Source: Reclinomonas americana ATCC 50394
Lineage: Eukaryota
Direction: 5' to 3'
DNA length: 43,305 bases
Assembly (NCBI GenBank): GCA_048213135.1
Contig: PS015600.1
Coordinates: forward strand, 9,972-53,276
Numbering within the stretch: the first letter of the stretch is position 1; the number at the start of each line of letters is the position of its first letter. Both the position numbers and the translations under genes were made by a program. Below the pieces are notes generated by a model that was not told where the DNA came from, did not search any database, and saw nothing but the letters and a program-made list of their open reading frames with translations. Of the stretch, positions 1-9,721 are shown piece after piece.

Positions 1-782
1 GTGCCGTTGGTGGAGCAGAAGCCGTGGCCCATGCAGGTGATCACCGGGTCGCAGAAGATGTCGCAGTTGGGGCCGTAGAAGTTCGTCGGGCAGCCCTGAG
101 GCGTCGGCGGAATGCAGCAGTCGGCACCACTCCAGCCACCGGAGCAGATGCACGTGCCGTCAGCAGCGCAGCTACCGTGGCCCATGCACGTCACGGCCGG
201 ATCACAGAACACGCTGCACGTGTCACCAAAGTAGTTGACATTGCAGACACACTGGCCATTGGCGTTGCACACGCCATGACCGCTGCAAGTGGTGGCCGGG
301 TCGCAGAAGATGTCGCAGTTCGGGCCGTAGAAGTTTGTCGGGCAACCTTGCGGTGTCGGTGGAATGCAGCACGTCGGGCCAGTCCAGCCACCGGTGCAGA
401 TGCACGTGCCATTCGACGAGCAGACACCGTGGCCCATGCAGGTGATGGCCGGGTCGCAGAAGATGTCACAGTTGGGGCCGTAGAAGTTCGTCGGGCAGCC
501 TTGGTTGGTCGGCGGTACGTTGCAGAAGGTACCGGTCCAGCCTCCCGTGCACACACAAGTGCCGTTGGCCGAGCACGTACCGTGACCGGTGCAGGTGAGG
601 TTCGGGTCGCAGAAGACGCAGCAGTTGGGGCCGTAGTACTCGGCGTTGCACACGCACTGGCCGTTGGTGTTGCACTGGCCGTGACCACTGCATGTGACAG
701 CAGGATCGCAGAAGATGTCGCAGTTCGGGCCGAAGAAGTTGGTCGGGCAGCCCTGGCTGGTCGGCGGAATGCAGCAGTTGGG
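1..782 (-). CDS. Cys-rich EGF/DSL-like tandem repeat protein, internal fragment (open at both ends)
   Basis: The minus strand reads without stops as ...NCCIPPTSQGCPTNFFGPNCDIFCDPAVTCSGHGQCNTNGQCVCNAEYYGPNCCVFCDPNLTCTGHGTCSANGTCVCTGGWTG... This is the same repeat family as 1577-2744 but more diverged. It runs from the gap off the left window edge. Confidence 0.8.
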
Positions 783-1576
783 NNNNNNNNNNNNNNNNNN
801 NNNNNNNNNNNNNNNNNNNNNNNNNNNNNNNNNNNNNNNNNNNNNNNNNNNNNNNNNNNNNNNNNNNNNNNNNNNNNNNNNNNNNNNNNNNNNNNNNNNN
901 NNNNNNNNNNNNNNNNNNNNNNNNNNNNNNNNNNNNNNNNNNNNNNNNNNNNNNNNNNNNNNNNNNNNNNNNNNNNNNNNNNNNNNNNNNNNNNNNNNNN
1001 NNNNNNNNNNNNNNNNNNNNNNNNNNNNNNNNNNNNNNNNNNNNNNNNNNNNNNNNNNNNNNNNNNNNNNNNNNNNNNNNNNNNNNNNNNNNNNNNNNNN
1101 NNNNNNNNNNNNNNNNNNNNNNNNNNNNNNNNNNNNNNNNNNNNNNNNNNNNNNNNNNNNNNNNNNNNNNNNNNNNNNNNNNNNNNNNNNNNNNNNNNNN
1201 NNNNNNNNNNNNNNNNNNNNNNNNNNNNNNNNNNNNNNNNNNNNNNNNNNNNNNNNNNNNNNNNNNNNNNNNNNNNNNNNNNNNNNNNNNNNNNNNNNNN
1301 NNNNNNNNNNNNNNNNNNNNNNNNNNNNNNNNNNNNNNNNNNNNNNNNNNNNNNNNNNNNNNNNNNNNNNNNNNNNNNNNNNNNNNNNNNNNNNNNNNNN
1401 NNNNNNNNNNNNNNNNNNNNNNNNNNNNNNNNNNNNNNNNNNNNNNNNNNNNNNNNNNNNNNNNNNNNNNNNNNNNNNNNNNNNNNNNNNNNNNNNNNNN
1501 NNNNNNNNNNNNNNNNNNNNNNNNNNNNNNNNNNNNNNNNNNNNNNNNNNNNNNNNNNNNNNNNNNNNNNNNNNNN
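783..1576. other. Assembly gap (N run)
   Basis: Ns. Other gaps lie at 15382-16090, 18891-19435, 28541-28761, 29454-30315 and 31924-32882. Confidence 0.99.
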
Positions 1577-2560
1577 TCCGGCTGTGACGTGCATGGGCCA
1601 CGGCACATGCGCCGCGAATGGCGCATGTGTGTGCACTGGCGGCTGGACTGGTCCGACGTGCTGCATTCCGCCGACGAACCAGGGCTGCCCGACCAACTTC
1701 TATGGTCCCAACTGCGACATTTTCTGCGATCCGGCCATCACCTGCAGCGGCCACGGCGTGTGCAACGCCACCACTGGCCAATGCGTGTGCAACACGAACT
1801 TCTTCGGCACCAACTGCAACATCTTCTGCGATCCGGCGGTGACGTGCATGGGCCACGGCACTTGCGCCGCGAATGGCGCATGTGTGTGCACTGGCGGCTG
1901 GACTGGTCCGACGTGCTGCATTCCGCCGACGAACCAGGGCTGCCCGACCAACTTCTATGGTCCCAACTGCGACATCTTCTGTGATCCGGCCATCACATGC
2001 AGCGGCCACGGCGTGTGCAACGCCACCACTGGCCAATGCGTGTGCAACACCAACTTCTTTGGCACCAACTGCAACATCTTCTGTGATCCGGCGGTGACGT
2101 GCATGGGCCACGGCACATGCTCGGTGAACGGCGCATGCGTGTGCACTGGTGGCTGGACTGGTCCGACGTGCTGCATTCCGCCGACGAACCAGGGCTGCCC
2201 GACCAACTTCTATGGTCCGAACTGCGACATCTTCTGTGATCCGGCCATCACTTGCAGCGGCCATGGCGTGTGCAACGCCACCACCGGCCAATGCGTGTGC
2301 AACACCAACTACTTTGGCACCAGCTGCAACATCTTCTGCGATCCGGCGGTGACGTGCATGGGCCACGGCACATGCTCGGTGAACGGCGCATGCGTGTGCA
2401 CTGGCGGCTGGACTGGTCCGACGTGCTGCATTCCGCCGACGAACCAGGGCTGCCCGACCAACTTCTACGGCCCGAACTGCGACATTTTCTGTGATCCGGC
2501 CATCACCTGCAGCGGCCACGGCACCTGCGACGTCAACGGCCAGTGCGTGTGCGTCGGTGG
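1577..2560 (+). repeat. Coding tandem repeat, 255-nt (85-aa) unit, about 4 near-identical copies
   Basis: tccggcNgtgacgtgcatgggccacggc recurs at 1577, 1832, 2087 and 2342, an exact 255-nt period. Confidence 0.95.
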
Positions 2561-2744
2561 CTACACTGGCGCAAACTGCTGCACCCCGCCAACTCCGCTG
2601 TGTGCGATTGGCTTCTTCGGTCCGAACTGCGACGTCTTCTGCGATCCGAACATCACGTGCCTCGGCAACGGCACCTGCGACAGCAGCGGCCAGTGCGTCT
2701 GCAACTCGGGCTGGACCGGATCCCACTGCAACATTCCCATGTGA
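1577..2744 (+). CDS. Cys-rich EGF/DSL-like tandem repeat protein, C-terminal part
   Basis: Open frame PAVTCMGHGTC...GWTGSHCNIPM* (TGA ends at 2744). Repeated CxxFCDPxxTCxGHGxCxxxGxCxCxxxWxGxxC modules. No C-terminal transmembrane segment. Confidence 0.88.
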
Positions 2745-2875
2745 TCAAGACAAGGCACTCTGCGGTGCGGTGCAGTGATATGTGTGTGAGTGGCAAGCAA
2801 GTAAAAATAGTGTTCTTCGTGTCCTCGAGCTGCTGCATGCAGTCGTCCGTCGTTGAGTTCCAGTACGCGCACACG

Positions 2876-5800
2876 ATGGGCTCGTCTTCGTCGAAAACAG
2901 CGGCCAGTGGTGATCCTGGTCCCGGTGAGTGGGTTGGAAAGAGAGAGAGAGAAAGCGAGTGACAGCAACACCAACATCGCCAACACGATGATGCACGTGC
3001 AGTGGAGGAGGAAGTCAGCGTGATGATGATGCCGGATGATGAGTGGCAGGCGCTCTGGCATGCCATTGCCGACGACGTAGGACGGCACATGTGGAGCATG
3101 GCCGCCGAGAAGCTCAACAGCTGCCCACTGTCCATGTTGGGCGTGCGAGAGAATCCCGCACGAATGCAAGAACTGAACTCATTGGCTGTGATGGTTCGTT
3201 GTTGTTGGTTCGTTGTTAGCAGTGTGCATTTCTCCGCTCTGCCTCAACACTGTCAATCATCGTGCGCAGCTGTTGGAGGAGGGCGCACCAATCGATGTTT
3301 TCGTTCCACTCGTGCTGGCATGCAAGTGCGTGATCATCATCTACGTATGTCTATTTATGCCTTTGTCTCTGATGATGATGAGTGGACACCGCCAAAGGTA
3401 TGGTCCCATGGTCAACGCAGCTGGTGAGCCACTGGAGGACATCGCGTCGAGACTCGAGCTGCCGGAACATCACGATCTGATCGTGGCGATTCGCAAGTCG
3501 ATGCAACCATCCGCTGCGCGTCGCCAGCGCCCGGTGTTGCTGCAGCGACCGATGCTGGTGACAGCCAAGAAGAACCTGCGCGACTTGACGCTGTGCGACA
3601 GTTTGTCGGCCGGCGTGTCGCAGGATAAGGCCGCGAGGAGGGTTGTGCGCGAGGAGCTGGATGTGCCGGGAGCGCGATGCTTTCTCTTGCACAATGTGCT
3701 CTCTCAGCAGGAGTGCGCGTATCTGATCGCGCAGGCCTCGGACACTGGCTTCATTGATCTGGCGTCCACGTTCCCGGTGGAGTACCGCTGCAACGATCGC
3801 GTTCTCTTCGTGTCGGACGAGATGGCCACTTCCTTGTGTTGCGTTGTTGTCCCTCGTGGGGCCAGACGATAGCGCGTTGTTCACTCGCGAAAAAACACAG
3901 GGCACCGCGTTGCGCCTCACCTGGTGCCCCAGGATGTGCTTCGTGTGCGGCCAATGGATTTCGGCAACCGCGGTGTGTGGCGGCCAACGCGTCTCAACGA
4001 GTGCTTCAAGGTCAATCGATATGCCAGCGGCGGTCACTTTGCGCCGCACATTGACGGGCCGTGGGTGCCGCGGTACGACGAATCGTCGGTCTACACTGTG
4101 ATTGTGTACCTCAACGACAACTTTGATGGTGTGTGTGCGCCACTACATGTGTGTTCTCGTGTCGGCGCTGACTGGCATCTCGAATGCAGGCGGGCAAACG
4201 CACTTTATGAAGGAGTCGTATCCGTTCTCTGGCCGCCTCGACCTGGAGCAGCCGGCAGTGGACGCCGCCAATACTGCCTGCTCTGTGCGGCCGCGCACCG
4301 GTACCGCTCTGGTGTTCAATCACGACGTGATGCACGCCGGGGACAAGGTGGAACATGGTGTCAAGGTCTGTGTGTGGAGATCGCCTCTTCAACAGAGTCC
4401 TCGATTCAACTCTCACGCGGTGTGGCAACAGTACATTATGCGCACAGAGATCATGTTCCAGCGAGTGGACACTCCCGCGCAGCCGGACCCCGATGCGTTC
4501 TTGTCAGATCCCAAGGTTGGTCCTTGACCGACAGCGCTCCACCACCACCTCATGCTTAATGTCGCACAGTACCTCCAACTGCTAACGCTGTACCAACGAG
4601 CACATCAACTGGAGGAGGAGGGCGATGCAGCGGGCTTTGTTGACACGTATCTGCAAGCGATTGCCATGCAGCGAGACGCGCAACGCTCCATACCGCCACC
4701 GGTGGAGCGTGGACATCTTCCGCTACCGCCAGACGTATTTGGGACGGTGCTCGAGTTCCTCAGTCCCCCGGAAGTGATGCGCACGCTCACCGTGAGCCGG
4801 GTATGTGCGGGATATGTAGAAGGCGTCACCAACGCCTGTGAGCTCACGCATGTTTCATCGCTTTTAGGCGTGGTACGAAATGGTATACGACGGCCGTGTG
4901 TGGATGGTGAGTGATGGATGTTGCCTGCTTCCTCGTGCATGCTGGCAAACGACTGAACATTGCGCAGAGCCGATGTCGTCGCGAGTGGCCGTTGCTGTAC
5001 GCTGCCGAGACGTTGCTTCACAAGGTCAGTGCTTTGCGGCCGCACCGCGCGCACCGACAGCTGTTGACCGTCGCGCGCCTCGTTGAATGCAGTGCCATCC
5101 GTCGATCGTGGACTGGTTCGGTCTCTATCGCAATCAGGTAAACACGTAACGCGAGGCAGCCGTCACCCATGTGTGTTCTCATGCGGGATTGTGTTTGCCA
5201 ATGCAGTACATTGTGGGCGAAGGTCGTTTGCCGTACATGGTGATTGACATTGGAGGTTACACTACCAAGGGCGCGACCATCTTTGTCAACAAGAAGACGG
5301 TGCGCACGCAAAAGATCCGCTCCGTGGTGGCGCAGGTACACTCGTGACGCGATCTCTTCCATGAAGCTCCCGATTGCGACCTCAGCGTGCATCGCAGGTA
5401 CCATACATATTCGATCTGCACATGCGGCGCGGACCGTTCGACCGCACGCTGGTTGGCAACGCTGCTCTTGAGAAACACAGCGCGTACGCGACACCAGTGT
5501 CGACGTTTGGTGCGTATTCTTCCGTCGACCACGTAGCCGCAGCGATTGCAATTGCTCATCATTCGACGCAGCCCAAATCAACATGACCCTGTTGCCGGAG
5601 CTGCTTGCACGCTTCCTCTTTGCCGCACTTGTCGAAAACCCTCGTGACCAGCGCTCGCTGAAGCAACCGCTTCTCTTTGCTGTACCTGCTACCGGCTGGT
5701 CGGCACGCTACCAGTTGACCTTGGCATCGAACATTCGCACCATCGCCAACCGCGCCGTGGTTCTCGTCCCTGCCCCGGTCTTGTCAGCAATCCACATGGG

Positions 5801-6368
5801 TCTCACGGAAGCTGTGGTGTGCTCTGTCGGGCATCACATGGCGACCGTTGCGTGTGTCGTCGATGGCGTTCTGACCGAGAAGCCCGTTGCGACAGTGGTG
5901 CGCGAGGCAGAGTATGCGTCTGCGGAGGAGATGGCGCAGGCTACTGCTCGTATGCTTGCCTCCGCCGCACCCTCTGTGAACCACGTCGTGCTGACTGGCG
6001 GTCGCACGACGCCAGCCGAGTACCGTGCAGAATTTGAGCGTGAGCTCATGACGTATGAAGGGTTGAGCGCGAGCTTGAAGGTCGTGTATCCTGAGGACCC
6101 GACACTGGATGTGGTGCTGGGCGGTGTGGCGGCCTCTGAAAGTGTGCGCGCCTCGGGAGCGGTCAGCAACCACTACCGCCCCACCACCGAAAAAAGTGAA
6201 GAGTACGTCCGATCGACCAACTTCTACCGCGTGGTGTACCAGTTGCGTCGTCATGTCGAGCTTCTGTTGTGTCGGGGTGCGTGGCTGATTGCAGAGCAAC
6301 GCAACACACAGAAACTATTGGCTCCGTACACACCGCCCGCATGCGGCTCCGGAGGGCGAGCGATCTGA
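2876..6368 (+). CDS. Multidomain protein (~877 aa, 14 exons): N-myristoylation motif, ankyrin-like region, 2OG-Fe(II) dioxygenase (prolyl 4-hydroxylase-like), F-box, divergent actin-like domain
   Basis: Phase-consistent GT-AG exons: 2876-2924, 3003-3193, 3270-3325, 3398-3837, 3901-4128, 4190-4365, 4432-4515, 4570-4800, 4868-4906, 4968-5024, 5093-5137, 5207-5335, 5398-5509, 5572-6368 (sum 2634 nt, divisible by 3). Motifs: MGSSSS; LLEEGAPID..PLVLACKYG; LHNVLSQQEC, RYASGGHFAPHID, IVYLNDNFDGGQT, FNHDVMHAG, KYIMRTE; LPPDVFGTVLEFLSPPEVMRTLTVSRAWYEMVYDGRVW; VIDIGGYTTKG, VVLTGG, DVVLGG. An extra intron near 6200-6293 is possible. Confidence 0.85.
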
Positions 6369-6413
6369 CCTGAGACTGGCGAGTGTGGCTGACAGCATGC
6401 TGTAAAATCAAAT

Positions 6414-7428
6414 TCACTCATCTCGATAAGCACGCTGTCTGTCTTGCCAGTAAAGCTTCCTGTCCTCTGAGAGACGCTCCTGAACCGCGCCGTGAACCTC
6501 CATTTGTGATCGGCCATGCAGTGAGGGTGGCAGTCCGCAGGCAACAGCATAGTCCTCGAAACCGTTGCCGTCTGTGGCGCACGAGAGAGTCAACAAAACA
6601 CGGGGGTGGTGCTCCACAGATACACAAACTCACGAATGCCAAGACGACGCAGACGAGGAAGACCCTCGGCCACCGCCAGCGCCGCCTCGCTGCCAATATT
6701 ATTCTCTGTGCAAGCGCAAAAAACGTCAGTCGCGTCACAAAGTTGACAAAACAACAGGAGCAACGACCATCACACCGTCAATGTACAACTCGCGAATGTC
6801 GGGCAGACCCTCCACCACATGCAGCGCGCCCTCGGCGCCGATCTCACACCCTGTTTTTTTGAGGGGGGATGTAAACGCCGAGGACTTGCACAACAAAAGA
6901 GACGCACAAAGGTGCAAACCGTGCACATTGAGCTCGCGAAGATGGCGCATGTGCTTGACGATGACAGCGATGCCCTGTGGACCCAGATTGTTGCCTGTCG
7001 CACACAATGTGTGAGTAACCCGCTGCTGTCGCACACACGGCTGGTGTAGGACGACGACGCACTGGTGAGCAGGAAGCGTTCCAGCGTCGGCAGTCCACGA
7101 GCGAGAACTTCAGCCAGCTCCGCAGTGATGGCGCTCTCTGTGCGAGAGGGAGAATGAGGGAGCAAAAGGGAATGCAGGGAAAGGGAGGGGTTGAGGGGGA
7201 AGGAGAGGAAGCAAGAAGAGAAGGAGACGGAGGAGTGAAGGCAGGGTGAGTAAGAACCGATGGGGAAAGAGAGGATAAAGAGGGTGGAGCAAAGGCAGGG
7301 AAAGGGAGGGGGTTGAGGGGAAGGAGAAAGGGAGGGTGAGTAAGAAGCGATGGGGAAAGGGAGGAAATGAGAGGGGAAATGAGAGGGCAAGAGGGGAAGG
7401 AGACTGAGGAGTGAAGGCTGAGAGAAGG

Positions 7429-7475
<47 letters not shown>

Positions 7476-9513
7476 AGGAGGAAAAGGCGTGGAAGCAACA
7501 GAGGATGGAGTCTGAGGAGCGACTGCAGGGAAAGAGAGGGGTTGGGGGGAAGGAGAGGAAGCAAGAGGAGAAGGAGAGACGGAGGATTATGAGCAGGGGA
7601 GAGAGGAGTTGAGAGAAGAGAGAGGAGAAGGAGATGGAGGAAAGACAGAGAAAGGGAGGAGTTGAGAGGAAAGAACGGGACCAACAGAGGGGGAGGAGAG
7701 GAGCTGAAAGGGAAAGAGAGAGGCAAATGGGGAACGAAGAAGGCAGGAAACGGAGAAACTTTACAGAGAAACAGAAGGAGCAACAGGAGAAGGAGAAGAA
7801 GAAAGAGGAGGAGACTGGAAGGAATTGAGATGGAATGAGAGGAGTAGAGCGGGGAAGGAGAATAAGAGAGAAGCGATGGGGAAAGGGAGGAGTTGAGATG
7901 GAATGAGGACAAGATAGGGGGAGGAGGAGAATGGGAGCGGTGGAGAGAGAAGAGAGGAGCAAGAGCGAACGAAATGGAGGAGCGAAGGCAGAGAGAGGGA
8001 GGTGTTAACAGGAGAAAAGGGCAAGCGAGGATGCAAGAGGCGATGGAGAGGGAGCAAGAGTTGACGGAGACAGAGGATCAAGGCGGGAGGAGAGCGTGGT
8101 TGAGAGGGAAAGAGAGGGAGCAACAGGGGAAGGAGACTGAGGAGTGATGACAGAAGAGTGAGAGAACAAAGGGGAAAGAGAAGGAAGAGAGAGAAAAGCT
8201 GCGAGAGAAAGAGGGAATCAAGAGCACATTGTCTCCGGAGCCGCACCTTGCAGACACAGTCGCTTGAGACGACTCATGCGCGCAATGGCCTGAATGCAGT
8301 CGGCTGAGGTGCTGTTGGCACCAAAGTCGGCGTCCTCCAACTGATCAGCAAAGGCGACTGCGAGCTGTTCAAGACCAGCGGCCTCCACCTGACAGCCTGC
8401 GAGTGAAAGAGTCAGAGGAGAGTTGAGAAAGAGGGCTACAGAGTGACAAAGCAACGAAACGGTAGATATGCAAGCGACGGAGCCGGGGCATGCGCTGCGC
8501 AATCACACGCGCTCCATCAAGACCAAGGGAATTCGCTGCACGTAGACGTGAGGGAGGAAGACACTCGTGCGCGCGCGCGGGTCTTTGCACGCAACAGCTG
8601 ACAATGAGTTGCTCCAGCGGCAACGCCGAAAGCGCTTCCAGGGCCTCGGCATCCAGCTCGCAACCTGCACGCGCGACAAGTGAGCAATCACCTGGCACAC
8701 ACAGGTGAACGCGGCCACTTGCAAAAACGCAACGCTTGGCCTCCAGACCGAGCAGCTGTGGGGCGTGCTCCGCAATGGCCACTGCGCCCACCAGCCGAAC
8801 CTTGTTGTCTACTCATGCACACAGTCAGCCTTCAACTACGTAGAGAACACGCGCAGACAGGCACGCAGCTGCTGATATCGAGGTACTGCAAGTGGCGCAA
8901 GAGACCGGCGTCGGCCGCCGATCGGAACGTCGACTTGAGCATGTCGGCCGCCAATCGCTTGTTGTACAAGTACGCCTGCGCCACTCGCCGTGAGATACAC
9001 AAAAAATAAAATCACGATATTGTTCACAGAGATCAGTGCGAAACAAAGGCCAGTGGCACGGTGCCCGACAGTGCCTGCACCGAGTCGGTGCCACGCAGGT
9101 CCTCGCCATCGTCGCCGACCAGCTTGACGCAGTCGCGGGGAACTAGGCCTTCCACGGCGCACATGCCAAAGGCGCGGACTTTGACCCATGAGTCGTCGAC
9201 CTTGTAACGGGGAAGGGAGGTAAAGGGAAAGGGAGGTAAGGGAAAGGGAGAATAAGGGAGGGAATGAGGGGGAGGGAGAGAACGCAGAGTGCACAGAGGA
9301 GGGTGACATGCAAGGTCGACGGAAGAATGCACTATCACGATCATGCACACTGTCACGACATGAATGCGTGTGTGTGAGAGAGAGGCGAGAGAGTGTTCTC
9401 ACAATCTGCGTCACGCGATACCAGTTTCCCGGAGTCAAGTCGCGCTGCCCAGCAGCAGAAGCACTGCACAACAACACACACACATCAACAACAACAACAG
9501 TCACAAACCTTAA

Positions 9514-9545
<32 letters not shown>

Positions 9546-9649
9546 CACTTGCACGCACACTGCACACACTCTCTCTCACACACACAATCACGCAACTCAT
9601 ACTCACGCAGTGCACACGCAGCCGCAAACACCACACTACTTCCACTCAT
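6414..9649 (-). CDS. SH3-like domain + RNI-like leucine-rich repeat protein (multi-exon)
   Basis: Spliced N-terminus ...RDLTPGNWYRVTQI|VDDSWVKVRAFGMCAVEGLVPRDCVK has SH3-like W and GLxP motifs. LRR exons follow, e.g. LRHLQYLDIS, NSLGLDGARVIAQRMPRLRRLHI, NNLGPQGIAVIVKHMRHLRELNV, NNIGSEAALAVAEGLPRLRRLGI. The stop codon ends at 6414. The start ATG at 9649 is inferred. Confidence 0.75.
7141..8225. repeat. GA-rich low-complexity/degenerate repeat intron including (GA)n at ~7433-7470
   Basis: Purine-rich on the plus strand, with recurring gggtgagtaagaaNcgatggggaaag and gaggggttgagggg motifs. Lies inside an intron of the LRR gene. Confidence 0.8.
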
Positions 9650-9721
9650 GATATGCAAACCACCACCAAAACACCACCAAAGTGACACTAAAATTCATGT
9701 TGATTTGCCTTTCTCTCTTTT

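Noticed and set aside
24-2744. 906-aa plus-strand ORF spanning the first gap
   Set aside because: Artefact of reading through Ns. The part before the gap is the antisense frame of the minus-strand Cys-rich coding sequence. The same applies to the other X-filled ORFs.
2727-2744. Possible CaaX prenylation signal in ...CNIPM*
   Set aside because: The Cys is fifth from the end, not fourth, and belongs to the disulfide pattern of the repeat.
6770-8246. Long Leu/Ser/Pro/Phe-rich ORFs (also 9682-10921, 12351-13757, 16568-17865, 21499-22778)
   Set aside because: Stop-poor translations of CT/GA microsatellite introns, with no domain signal or coding-like codon usage.
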